This document shows, one piece after another, positions 1-18,092 of a stretch of 64,000 nucleotides of DNA (its first letter is position 1; each line of letters starts with the position of its first letter). Source of the stretch: the human T2T-CHM13v2.0 reference genome, Homo sapiens; NCBI RefSeq assembly GCF_009914755.1, contig NC_060941.1; one strand, 5' to 3'. The notes under the pieces were generated by a model. The model was given only the letters and a program-made list of their open reading frames with translations, did not search any database and had not been told where the DNA came from. Position numbers and translations under genes: made by a program.

Positions 1-2020
1 CTTGGCAGCAGGAGAAAAATGGGGAGAGGGCTGGTTTTCTCCTTTCTTCCACTTCCCCACAGCATGGAGATTTTCTCTGCCTTCCCAATCCATCTTGCTC
101 CTCCGAGACCCCAACTCTGCCTCCACCCAGGCTCAGTGCTGGGCGTAAGGCAGCAGGGACCTCACTGGCAGAGCAGGGGGCCTGGGAGCAACGTGGAGGC
201 CAGAGCACCCTGATCCACCAACATGCCACCTGCATTCTGACTTCATGGCTGGCAGTGCCAGGGTCGTGGGAGGGCAAAGGGCAGGCTCTAAGGCATCTAG
301 GCAGTGGCTGGCTGCTAACATGGACACCCCAAGTCAATGGCACAGTGCAGGTTCTGAGGGCTCCTTGGCTTGTGGGGTCTTCTCTGTCTGTCTCTCTCCC
401 TCTCTTCTTCCTTGCTCTCATCCCTTTCTTTTCCAGTTACCCCTGAAGACCCACCTCGGCCCTCTTGGGGCCCCTGGGGACTAGAGTGACCACTGACCCC
501 TCATTCTACAGCTTTAAGGGAAATGCTCACAGGGTATTTTTGTCTACCTCAAATATATAGTTTTTAGAGCAAAGGAGAATAATTTATATAGCTAAGATAT
601 ATGAGAAAGTATTTATATTATTTATATAGTTGCTATATTTCACAGACAGCACAGGTGGGGTTTGTGTATTTTCCCGGAAACCCTCTGTCTGGGGAGATAC
701 AGCCTGACCTGACCGGGTCCCCCACTGAGCAGGAGGCCGGGTCGCTGGGAAGGAGGACAAACCTGTATTCCATGACTGGGTCTGTCTCGGAGCTGGTAAG
801 CACATGTCCGCTCTGTGATGAGCCCTGGTGGGCTCCATCCAGACCCTCCTTGTGATGTTTTTGTAGATTTTCTGCCCTTCTGGGTCCAGGCCCCCTTCTT
901 CTGCTCTGGCAAAAGTGTCTTACTCATAATGATAATGACAACGAGAATTCCCACACCTGGCATTTGTAAAGCACTTTGCTATTTAGAAACAAAAACTTTT
1001 ACCCCTTTCATCTCACTTGATTTCTCCGTTATCTCTGTGAGGTAGGTGGGGCCACATTACTGTGGCCATTTTATAGATGAGGTCCAGAGATGGAGAGCTG
1101 TGCTCAAAGTCACACCTAAGAGACTTGTTCAATGAATATTTACTGAACATCTCCATAGACCAGGCACTACGGGCTGACCTGCTCTGAGCCCAGGAGCCCC
1201 AAAGCCTGGATACCACTGTGAGCCCAAGAACTCAGGGAAGCAGTTCCTTCCCAGGCTGTGATCCCAGCCTTTTGGATCTGGATGGCATGTTGGCACTTCC
1301 CCCAAGTGGAGTCCCATGTCTCAGGGGCTTTGGCTGCCTGAGAAGGCTGGAGAGACCAGGAACCCATGGAGGCCACTCCAAGGGGTCCTTCTGCCCACAC
1401 TGCCCAAGAAGCTTGGGCTACACCACTGGGCCCCTCCCAACCTACAGATGAATTTTGATTGCTCTCATTTGTGTTTTGCTTGTAAAAATGAATTGTTTTC
1501 CACTGGATTTCTGGCTGCTTTTGCAAAAGTCAGCTGCGCTGGCAGACTGGGCCTGCATGTCCTCCTGCAGGCAGCTAGAGTGAGGGAGTCTAATGGACAG
1601 GATGCCCCAAGTGCCCCCGTTGCTCATGGATGCCCCTGCCTGCCTCTCATGAGCACATAGTCCTGTCCCCTGGTCTAGATAAGCCCAGCTTTCCTGGTAC
1701 CCTTCATCACCTGGCAGACAGACAGCCCCATGCCAACCCTGGACATTACTTGCTTTTGAACCTTTCCTTTCTCAACAACCATGAACTTCAAATGCTTTCT
1801 GTCTCAGGACACTTTAGAATAACAATGGAAGCCATCACTTATTGAGCACCCCTTATGTCCATTTATTCAACCAATGATTATTTAGGGATCTCTTATTGAG
1901 CACCAGGCAGCATCCTGGGTGCTTGGTGCAGCAAGGAACAGGACCAAGTCTCTGCCTCATGGGGCTGACATCCTAGTGGGTGAGAAAGACAATAAACCAA
2001 TAAATGACATGCCAGTTATT
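1..2020 (+). other. WNT9B: Probable distal 3'UTR of WNT9B
   Basis: Known gene order WNT9B-GOSR2; AU-rich TATTTAT block at 570-640; tandem AATAAA at 1991-1996 and 1999-2004; no WNT9B main CDS in the window, so this is inferred. Confidence 0.45.
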
Positions 2021-3249
2021 TGCATTTACTTTGTCTCAATTTATTGCAATAACTTTGCACATTGGACATGGTCCCCGTAATGGATAAGGAAATGGAGGTT
2101 GTGAGATGAGAAGCCTCCTCATTGCAACTGGCAGGCAGTGGGGCCAGGATTGGAACACAGATCTCCTGGCCTCCAAAGTATGGGATTTTTTTCCTCTGTA
2201 CACTGGTATAGGTCGGGCAGGGATGGATCGCCCCATTTTATTGATTCTGGGTAAACTAAGGCCTAGAGGAAGGAAATAATCCATCCTGGATTACACACCA
2301 ATTCAGACAGGCCAGAGCCTGCATCCTTCCTGGAGTTGATAAGCATTTCTGGAGCCCTCATGCTATGGCAAGCAGCATGGCTCAGGGTGGGGCGGGATGA
2401 AGCCAACCAGGGGCCTTCAGGGACCTACAGTCTAATAGGAGAAATGAGAAGCACAGCCATGCAGTGGTTTGGGTCATTTACACACGAATCCTGTGTCCCT
2501 TTTCTGGCCACAGTTCCTTCCCAACATGCTTTGGGAGGCCTCGCCCACCAGGATCCTCCTGGGGGTCTGATGGGAGAGGAGGCCTCTTTCTGAGCCAAGC
2601 ACAGCAGAGAGTGCCTGTCTCCTGGCTCAGGCCTGCCCTGCCCCAGTTCTTCAGCCCTGCTGGGGTCCACATTGCCTTAACTGGGCTCCCCAGGGCGGGA
2701 GGCAGAGGTGGGCCCACAGTCCAGCCCTGCAGGGGCCTACATTTCCACCAGCATCCCCGTCCTAACATGCTCCTTCTACCCAGTGTTCCTGGGCCTGGAG
2801 ACCAGCTGGCTCTGAGTAATGACAGACACGTCCACATGCAGCAGCAGGCTCCAGTTTATCAAGGGATTTCTCATCTATTTTCTCTCTTGAACCTCACAAG
2901 GTGGACACCCTTCTTCTTTTTTTACAGATAGGGGAATTGAGACACAAAATGGTTAAGTGACTTACCAAAGGCTATATCGCTAGCAAGCGGATCCAGGCCT
3001 TTTGCCTCCAAACCCCATATTCTCTCTACCATACACCATCCTCACCTCCTCCTGCCCTCATCTGAGCCTTACTTTGTTCCTGCTCATAATCTAGTTCCCA
3101 AACAGGCCCGCAGACCCCTCCACCTCCAGCTGCTCAATGCCACCATCTTCCAGGAGGACCGGGGCTTGTTGAGACAGTCACTAGGTGGGTACCCTACCCG
3201 CAATATCCCTCCTCCTTTAAAAACAGCCACATGTGCTTTCTGTCTTTGC

Positions 3250-4239
<990 letters not shown>

Positions 4240-4346
4240 TAGATGCCATGGTAATGAGACTAGGTCCAGCCTTCAGGGAGGTCCCAGACAAGGGGAGAGA
4301 CAAGCAAAGAGATGGCTGGCATGCACGGTGTCCAGCACTCCAATAG

Positions 4347-5064
<718 letters not shown>

Positions 5065-6203
5065 TAGATGAGGAAACTAAAGCTCAGAGAGGTTCCCTTG
5101 CTACACAATAAGTAGCAGGGCTGGAAATGAAACAGCTTCTTCACTGCCTCTTCCCGGGGAGTGCTGGGCACGGCCTGGGGACAGAGAGACGGGGTATGAG
5201 GGAGTTGCAAGGATTCAGGGCGACTGGTGGCATCTTCCAGTCCTGCCACTTGGTCCTCCTTGTCTTCTCCTCTCTCTCTTTCTCCCCACCCTGCATACCG
5301 CAAAGAGGAGGTTAATGCCTCTCACGCGTCTTATCCCCCCACTCCCATCCCTCCTCAAGTCCCCAGGGGCTGTGGGGCCCATATTCCTCCCTGGCTCTCT
5401 TGGGCCCATTAGTGTGTTTACGCTGGAGCCGTCTCAGGGGAGCTGAGCCCCTACCCCTGCCCCACCGTCCTCCCGCCATGGAGAGTGGGCAGTGGAGTGG
5501 TGGAGGCCGGGCAGAGGCACGGGAGAACCTGACCCAGCGTCCGAATTCCTGCCCCCACGTCTCAACAAGTCCAGGGTGGCCAGAAGCCTGGAGAGCAACG
5601 GTAGCCCCCCGGGACCCCCACCTCTTCCCACACAGCCCCACCAGAGCCTGACAGGCTCTAATCTCAGCTGTCTTCATGCAGCCAGCCCTCCGAGCCCGGG
5701 GTCACCTGACGCTGACACATTTTAATTCAGAAGCTGATTTCTGCTTGTTGGCAACATGTCATTTCTGAAATTGCTTTCTCTGCCCAGAGGCGGGAGATGT
5801 CAGAGCTGCGCAGGTGTTGCAGTGGTGCCGCCCCCGCCCCACACCCAGCCCCCTCTCCAAGTTCAGGAAGGATTAAGGGGCGTGAGGGGGCACACAGGAG
5901 ATCCTCAAGCTCTGCTTCTCATGTTTCCCCAAGTGCTGGGGGCCAGGGATGGGGGACTCCTGGAATGGCCTCTGCTTTCCTTTCCAGCCTGATGACAGAG
6001 GCCCAGGGTTTGGTAAATGAAGTTGCTGCTCTGCCAGTGCTGACAACAGCCACAGTAGTTGTTTTGCGCAGGCTTCATACAGGTACCAAGTGCTCTGCAG
6101 AGTGCCTCTCGTGTGCATTGTTGTATTTGAATCTTATGACAACGCTCCAAGTTGGTGTCATCCCTCCTTTGCAGCTGAGAAAACCGGGGCTCAGAGGGGT
6201 TAG

Positions 6204-7070
<867 letters not shown>

Positions 7071-7826
7071 TAGCATTTTGTGTATGTTTTGAGTGACAGC
7101 CATCTGTCAATATTGGCATCTTTTGTTTTATTGGATGAATGAATGAACAAATGAATTTATAAATCTTGTTCTCCATACTGTTTACCCATCCTCATTTCCC
7201 TCACTTGGCAGTGTCTTGCCATAGCAGGCTTCCTGGTGTAGCTGGCACCACATCCCTCCCTGACACACGGCCTCCTTATTGCCCCTGCTACTTGCCTTTT
7301 TCTCTCCTCCCTTTCCTTCCCTTCATTCCCCCTGGCTTCCCCTTCCCAACTCTCAGAATCCCTGGCTGCCTCAACCACAAGAACAAAGCTGTGCAGAAGC
7401 CTGAACCTGGAGCTTCTGCAAGATGAGGTGGGGAATGAGCTAACCCAGCTGGAAAGCAGCCTGCTGATCCCTGGGAGAGACGGCGCTTGGGCCAACCCAC
7501 CCTCCCCAAGGTGGTCCCCTGCCTCAGCTCCACCCGCTTCCCCAGATGAACTTCTTTCTCTCCCTCCAGCGCTTCAGAGGATGCACAGCTGTGTGTACTT
7601 GACCCTGAGCCTGGGCTAGTGCTGGGGACATAGCCAGTCTGGCTGATACCCATATCAGTACAGAAAGCTGTCCTCACCCACTTCATGCACTAGTTGCATT
7701 GGTATGAAGCATTAGCTTTATAACTATCCCATTTACTGCAGGCATAAACCTATATCAATTGGTGGGGATGGAGGTTAAATGAGAGAAGACATCAAAGATG
7801 CATAGAACTATTGGGCCCCTTTCAAT

Positions 7827-8644
<818 letters not shown>

Positions 8645-8912
8645 TAACAGGACTTTGGAAGTATAGCATTGCTCTATCTCCTGATAATTAATGAGGGATA
8701 CTGTTTATGTTCCCATTTAAAAATTAAGCCTAAAAAATTGAAATTGGGATCCATTTCACAGAGGATGGTCAAATGTCCAAGAAGAAGGGACAGGTGGTCA
8801 TTAAAATTCAGATAAACAGAGTTCCCAGTGAGCACTGTCTTGGGAGTAGAACTAAGCAAGCAAAGTCACCTTTCTTCTCTGAGCCTCATTCATTAAAAAA
8901 AAAAAATCTCTA

Positions 8913-9290
<378 letters not shown>

Positions 9291-12200
9291 CTACTATGTG
9301 CCAAACACTGTGCTGGGCCCCAGGGATGAAGCAATTAGTGAGACAGGCGGAGTCCCTGCTCTTAAAACACAGAAGACAGATAAACAAGTCATCACTATTC
9401 AATGTGATGAAACTGACAACCCTACTCACCCTGGGCAGCCAAACTCAGTGGCTGGGAGCTAGAGATAGGGAGAGCAGGGAGACTTTTTACTCCATTTCTT
9501 GTTGCTTTTGAATTCTGAACCATGTGAATGTATTCCTGATCCAAAATAAATAAAAATAAAATGTGATGAGTTTTCACAAGCGGGAGTGTGCTTATGGGAA
9601 CATCAGCAGGGAGAAGGGATACCGACCTGGCCTAGAGGATGTCAGAGAAAGCTTCCCAGAGAAGTGAGAGCCCAGCTACAGCCTGAAGCTTAGGGAGGTG
9701 TGGGTCAGGTGGGGAGTTGGAGGGAGAGGGATGCAGGTGTCAATGGAAGTTTATGGTGCTGGGTGATAAACACCAACGTTGCAGGGTCACTGGGAGGATT
9801 AAAAGTGTCCCCAGAAAGTGCCTGGCACACAGGATGTGCTTACTGTATGGTAGCTATTATTATTCCTCAATTATGGTTGCTGTCATTGGCAGAGGCTAGG
9901 GAGAGGGGACCCTAAGGCTGCCACTGACTCTACTGATATATTCCTGGGCCTCTGAAAGGCCTTGGTGACAGGAACTCATAACACTGCTGCGGCATTTTAC
10001 AGTTTACACTAATCCAATCCTGGGTACAGGAGGGCAGAAAGAAGTTTGAAGCTCAGGGTGGCCCACTAAGGGGGGTTCTTGGCTCTTCTAGAATCAGCTG
10101 TCTGTCAAGCACAGGACCAAAACAACCCCACACTGTCTGGTTGCTCATCTTATGTCACAGACCAAGAAATTTCCCCATGCTAGGAAGGGACAGAACTCTC
10201 TCCCTGCCCCAGACCCAAGGCAGCAGCATACCGTTCATAGCAGTGAAAACCAGTGTTTCTGAGCACCACCAATGCACCTGGTGCTGTGCAAAATGCTTCA
10301 CTTGGATTTGATTAAATCCTTGACCTCACAACCACCCTACCAGGAGCAAGCTACTGTAATCACTACCCCCATTTTACAGATGAAGAAACTGAGGCATGCA
10401 AAGGTTAAGTAACCTGCATGAGTTCACATTGTCAAGCTTTGACTCCAGGTGCCTCTTAGCCCCTTACTGACCCTAAAGCAGAGCTCTCATGTCTAAAATT
10501 TCCTCTGCTTGCCTGCTCAGCTCTTCCCTGCAGCAGGAAGAGAACCATTTCTTCTGACTCTGCAGAGCCTACTAAGTGCAACTCAACCTTTATTCGTATC
10601 CTAGACTTAGAACCCATGGAGGCATGAATAAGATTTTGAAAATCTGATTTCCAGGGGGGCCAGATGGTCAGGAGTTGACTATATCTAGATGCAGGATGGG
10701 GAGGCAATGAACCACTCACTCAGAGATGTCCCCTTCAGAATCAGGACCTCTGGGTATGACTGCCTTAGCCAGGCAGGAAGTGCCTCCCTGGGCGTGGCGG
10801 GGGTGGCTCAGCATGTCTGACCCCCAGAGAGCTGTGGGGCCAGCTAGCCACAGGGAAGCAGAGCTGGAGACCAAGTCCCCTCTGTCCTTTCTTGGAAGGA
10901 CATGGAAGTCACGTCTTAACCCATAGCTTCATCATGGCCTTAGTGGAGACCAGCCAACTGTCAGGGGTCATGGCCATCAGCCCCCAGTTGGCTAAATGGA
11001 CCTCTGAGTCCTAAAAGGCTAATTAAGACCTCTGACTTCTGTGTTCTTGGTCCCCTGTCATCCATACCTGTGCTGTGATTATTAGAGCATGCCTTTTCTT
11101 CCCTCCCAACCCTGGATGGAGGGGGTCCACATAGCCCTCCCTCACCCTCCTTGCCACAGACACCAAGCCCTTGTTTATTCTGAAAGTGTCAGTTGCATTT
11201 CATGAACTCCTAAGCGGGACCTTGGACTTCTGACTCCTAGAAAACAGAAGGCAGCTTCTACTAGCAACCAGACCCCAGCTTTGCACTCAGGGCTGACATT
11301 CTTTATCGATGGACCTCTCTGTGACTTTATTTCTACATCATCTGTAAAATGAGGATCGAGATACTAACACACCTACATCGCAAGGATCATGTTCGTTAAA
11401 ACAAATGCTTAGAATAATGCCTGGCATATTGTCAGCTCTAAACAAGCATTCTCTGCAATTACTATTATTACCGCAAGTATCATCCTGAGCAGCCCCTCCC
11501 ATGCCACCATTTCAGCCCGGCCTGCATCTCCACCCCTGAGGCCCTGCCTCATTCTTGGGTCTGCTCTATGTCTTTTGTCCCTCATCCCTCCTCCTCCTCG
11601 CTCCTCTTCCCTCCCTGTCAGTCCCCCGCTGCTCCTGCAGTCTTGTGCCGACTAATCATGCTGCTGTCAGTTCAGATTAGAGCCCATTACGTTCCTTCAT
11701 CTCAGCTTAAAATTTTTGTGGTTTCCCAACTCTGCCTAAAGTGCTCCACGAGGGACAAGGGCCATCCAGCTGGAGGGTGCTTCAGGAGGAAGAATTCGGG
11801 TCTGTGAGTCCCCTGGTGGGCTTTCCTCCTTCCTGCCAATTCGATAAGAGGCTGGATGGTGGGGAGTGGGCAAAGGAGAGCAGTCCCTCCTGGACTGCCA
11901 TCAGGAGCTCAGGCCCCGAGACCAGGGAGCGGGAGGTCTTGGCATCCCAGGACCCTCGAGGTAGACTCATACTGGTGTCGTGTGACAGCACTGCTCTGGG
12001 ACCACATTTGGTCACTCCATTTGAGAATTCCCAGGGCTGTGAAATTTTGCAACTGAGAGACTCCTGGCAAAACCACTGTGCTCAGCCCCTGAACCGGGGT
12101 CTATCTCCTTCAGCCACAGGCATGGCCTGTCTTTGTGATGGCGTTGTCCATAGTAACCCTTGGACCTTGTCACAAGCCTGCCTTCCAACAGCCCAAGCTC

Positions 12201-13349
12201 CAAGGATCTCACCAGCCATGGGGTCCCTCAGGAGCCCTGGGCAAAGCTCTCAGGAAGAGACAAAAGCAGAAGCAAGAGGCACGGGCGGGGGTTGGATGCA
12301 AGGAAGGAAGGAAGCCAAGAACCACCCGTTTTAATGCTCTTGTTCAGTGGGCCTGGTATTGAGCCAGGACTTTGCCCGCCTCATCCTATTTAATTTCCAT
12401 TAACAGCCCCTGAGGTAGGTGCACCTATCACCACTTGACAGTTGAGGAAACTGAGGCACAGCGAAATGAAAAGCCCTTGCCTGAGGCTGGAAAGGGGAAG
12501 AGCAGGATTTTGAATTTACGTTGCAAAGCACCTGATGGGGAGAGACAGGAGGGCGACCCCTGGCAGCCTCAGGGCTGTCTGGCTAGTCTCAGCCTCTAGA
12601 AAAGTTGGGTCCAGACCCTGAAATTCTGTGTCTGGGTCTTCCTTGTCCTGTGACTTGGGTATTACGTGTTAATAATCATATTTAACCTTTGTGTAGCGCA
12701 TTCCTGTTTACAAAGTGTCTTCCGTGGCCTTTCTTTTTGAGCCTCGCCATAGCCCACAGGGCAGGCAGGGGTGCCTTATCATCCCTCTTTTGCAGATAAG
12801 GAAACTGAGGCTCAGAGAGATGAAGCCTCTTGCCAAGGTCACAGATGGAAGATGACCCAACCAGAACCCAAAGCAAGGTCGCCAGGGCCCAGCTGTGCAG
12901 TGAGGACACCACACTCTGACCTCTTTGATGGATGGTCTGCATTCACCCCACCATCTGCAACGTCCTCAGTTGGGCCAAGATCTGAGAGGCTTCCAAGGGG
13001 TACGCAGCCAGGGGCTCTCATCTGGGCCCCTCAAACCTTCTCCCTCCCAAAGCTATCAGTTCAGTTGGGAGGATGTCAGTTTGTCTGTACGGAACACCAG
13101 GGAGAAAATTATCACCGCCATGAAATGCTTCCCGTTCCACATGACCTGACAGCCTTCCAGCCAGAAATGTCCTTGCATGTGGCCCAGTCTCATCCTCTCA
13201 CTAGGCCTGGTCCTTCTTTATCCCCTGACCAGAGGACTCCCCTCTGCAGGGGCTTCAGGAACCCCAGAGCTTTCTTGGCTCCAAACTAAATGGTCTCTGT
13301 TTCTAGTGAAGGTTAATGGCAGTCCTTAGAGTTTCCAAGTTCCTCCTTT

Positions 13350-13737
<388 letters not shown>

Positions 13738-14394
13738 TAAGTCCCTCAGCTCTTCCCCACCATCCAGCTTACCTTCCCAGACCCATACCTCCAATGCCCC
13801 TCAAGGTACACCACAGCCCCATCCCCTGAGCCAAATCACCTGTCTCTGAATGCTGACCACGTGTTCCCAGCTCTGTGCCTTTGTATGTGCCAGTCCTACT
13901 GACAATGACTTTCCTGCCTTTGTCCATCCAACTCACTCCTGCTCAGCCTTAAAGACTCAGCCGTAGAAAGCACTTCCTCTTCTGAGCTTCCACCATCGGA
14001 CTGTTTTTCCCTTTATGCCTGCACTAGCATTGTAGGTGTCTGTCCATCTGTCCATCTCTCTCCCCACACTGGACTGTGAGCTTCTATGAGCAAGAACTGG
14101 CTCTCAAGCCACCTCGATTCCTGAAAAAATTCTTCCCCTTCTTTCTTTCCTCCCTCCTCTCCTCTCTCCTTCAATAAATATTTAAACAGTCCTGTGATGT
14201 GCCAGGCCAGGTACTGGGGGCTCAAGGATGGACAAAAAAAGGCATGGTCCTAGTTTTCATGGTTGTTCAATCTAGTGGCTGATGTAGATCATCAAATATA
14301 CATAAAATTAATCAAAAGATTCATCACCACTGTGTAAGTGTCTGTTGAAGAACTGCAGAGTGCTGGCTTATGCAGTCCAGGACTACCTGACCTT

Positions 14395-14696
14395 TCTTTT
14401 TCTTTTCTTTTTTTTTTTGAGATGGAGTCTTGCTCTGTTGCCCAGGCTGGAGTGCATGGTGCGATCTTGGCACACTGCAACCTCTGCCTCCTGGTTCAAG
14501 AATTCTTATGGCTCAGCCTCCTGGGTAGCCGGGATTACAGAAGCATACCACCATGCCTGGCTAATTTTTGTATTGTTAGTAGAGTTGGGTTTTCACCATG
14601 TTGGCGGGACTGGTCTCAAACTTCTGACATCAAGTGATCCACCTGCCTCGGCCTCCCAAAGTGCTAGGATTACAGGCATGAGCCACCGCGCTTGGC
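14395..14696 (-). mobile_element. Alu
   Basis: Alu consensus; flanking CTACCTGA repeat. Confidence 0.95.
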
Positions 14697-14796
14697 TACC
14701 TGAACTTTCTTAAGAAGTACCTGGTGCTGAGGAGTAGGTTCCTGTATTCAAATATTTCATAGCAATCCAGCAACATGTTGGCTGCCTTCTTGGACA

Positions 14797-14952
14797 GTGG
14801 CCACTGTAGTTTCAGCTTGGGGTCCTTTATGGACTTCTGATCCTTTTTATCTATCTTTGCTCAAACTCATTTATCCTCATGTGGCCAGTGTAGTTACAGC
14901 TTGGGGTCCTTTATGGACCTCAGACCCTTTTTATCTGTCTTTGCCCAGACTC
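14797..14952. repeat. Local tandem duplication, 2 copies, period 84 bp
   Basis: GTGGCCA(C/G)TGTAGTT(T/A)CAGCTTGGGGTCCTTTATGGAC... at 14797 and 14881. Confidence 0.9.
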
Positions 14953-17460
14953 TTTCATTCTCCCCACCAGGCATTTATGGGTCTCTCCTAGGGTAGTCTA
15001 GCCCATATCATCTTGGGTGGAGGGTGTCTGCCTGTGGGACAGTGTATATGAGCAGAGTAGGGGAGGGCAGGACCCCCTTGACTTGGGTAGCTACATGTCA
15101 CCTGTAGAATCTCCTCACTATGGGGAGATGTAAGAACAGCCATTGAGTTCCAAGCTGAGGTTGGAATCCTGAAAAAAACAAACTGGAAGGCTCTGGCTTC
15201 TAGAGGAGTCTAGAAAGATTGCTGTAACTGTCGGCAAAAGAAAGAAGCAAAGAGCCCAATTCATTCTCCTGAGCTAGGGCAGAGCCTGGAAAAAGCCAAG
15301 GTGGCCAGGGGCTGAGGGTCCCTGGTGGGGCCAGAGCATGGATGTCATGCTTCAAGTGGGCGTGGAGGTGCCTTGGTGGACATTTTCATCAAGACACAAA
15401 CAGTGATGCTGAGCACGGCAGGGTTAGCACAGCTGGCTCACCCATGGCTTGGTTTGTAACTCCAGACCAGGATACTCATCCTTTATTTACAGCCAGTGAA
15501 TTCGCCCCCAAGATTTGGAGAATGCTTACTGTGACCACTTAGGTGCCGCCCTGATTGCAGCCAACAAACACCTGTGAAACACCTCGAACATACAAAACAC
15601 TGTTGGGTTGCGATGGTATAACAAATTCACCCTGGCTTTGTTCTGAGCTAGTCGCCCTGTTCCTTTAATGTCAATACCTTAGGTACAAAGTGCTGAAGAT
15701 GCAGCCACGTCCTCAATGGACTCGCAACCTCATGGGACTAACTTCACAGCGGGCAATGTGATTGACTGAGTCCCTTTCCTTCTCTGGGCCTTGGGCTCTT
15801 GCTCTGTAATAACAAGGGGGGTCAGCCTACCCGACCTTGGGTTTTGCCAGGCCTCATAAGATTCCAATGTAGGTTTACACAGAAGGTCACTGGCTGATGT
15901 GCAGGGGTCATTAAGTCCCCCTAAGACAGGTGCCAGGAAACCTACCAATTGGATAATTAGGCTTGCCCCGACCCTACAGCCCTTGAGGGAGCAGACCTGG
16001 ACTTCAGCTGCCCTCCCCATGGGGCGGAAGTGCCGGCACTGCGGGGGTCCCCTGGTGGAATGTGGCTGTGGTGGGTGCTGGGACAGAGGGCTTGGCTGAC
16101 AGATCTAAGGCTGCCGCCTGCCACCAGGTCTCCGTGGGGCCGCCAGCCGGCCCCCCTCCTGTGGAATGACGAGCTCACTCCCCCCACCTGGCGTTTAATC
16201 TTTAATGCAGTCCCAGCTGCCCTCGGGCAGGACCCATCAACCCACCCGCTCTGATAAAAGCGATAATTAGCTCTTTTTCAACTTTTCACTTCTCCCCCCT
16301 CCACTCTGATGTGTGAGCATTGGGAGGATTCCAGCTAATGGGCCTGCCCACAGCCAATTCCCGGGCCATGCAAGCCGGAATGCACGGGGTCATTAGCGGG
16401 GCCTCCCGGGCAGGGGCCTGTGCTCGGGACGGGACGTGCTCGCCTGTCCGCTCTGGGGCATCCCAGCCACTGGAGAGCCGGCCGGATCTCGGCAGAGCAG
16501 ACCTGCCCAGACAGGCTGGATCCCACCTTCCTTGGTGGTGGCCCCTGCCTGCACCACAGCAGAGACCACAGGAAGGTGGCCTTAGGCCCTCCCAGCGCCC
16601 GGCTGAGAGGACACGGGGCCATCAGTCCCCAGGCATCGCCCTGCTCCCAGGGCAGACAGCCCAGCCTGGGTTCAGCCACCGGTCAGTGCGGAGGCTGCTA
16701 GCTGGGATCCCCCACCCTAGCCCCACAAGTGACTTATAATAACTAACTTGTACATGGAGCCTTATGAAGTGCTTCCAGTTCTGAGGTAGCCGCAGCCCAA
16801 GGCTTAACCATGCAGGCTCAGGAGCTGGGCTGTACGAGTCAAATCCTAACTTCCCCATTTGTGTTATGAGGACGGAACCTCTCTGTGCCACAGCTCTCAC
16901 CCGTGAGGTGGGGTCAGTGGCCGTGGTGCCTACCATGGAGGCTGATGTGAAGATTGAGATGATGCAGTGAAGTGCTTGACATGGTGCCTGGCCTGTCTGA
17001 GCATTCTGTCCCCGCCATTGTCACTATTTGGTTCTCTCAATAGGCCTCTAGATAATTGCTGTTACCCTGCCATGCAGAGGTTCAGAAAGGTTGTGCCTGG
17101 GAATTTCCCAAGTTTTATTTTCTTAATGATAATTGATTTAACCAGTCCTCACAGCAACGTTGCATGGCAGGTCCTGTTACTCCCATTTTGCAGAGAAGCA
17201 GCTTCCCCACGGCTCTGTGCTGGTACATGGTGGGTGCAGAAATATTTTCTGCTACTCCAAGAATCTTGCCTTGTTTGGAACCATCTGCTGCTGGGCAAGC
17301 CCCTGGTCCTACTGCAGGTGTCTGAGGATCCAGGAGACAAGTGGGAGCAGGGCCTGATCTGAGCTTGAGGGGTGGGAGCCTGGTGCTGGGCAGGGTCTTG
17401 AAGGGGAAGCTGGTGGGGGCAGAGGGGGTTCCATCTGGGGATTAAGAAAGACCAAGGCCA

Positions 17461-18092
<632 letters not shown>

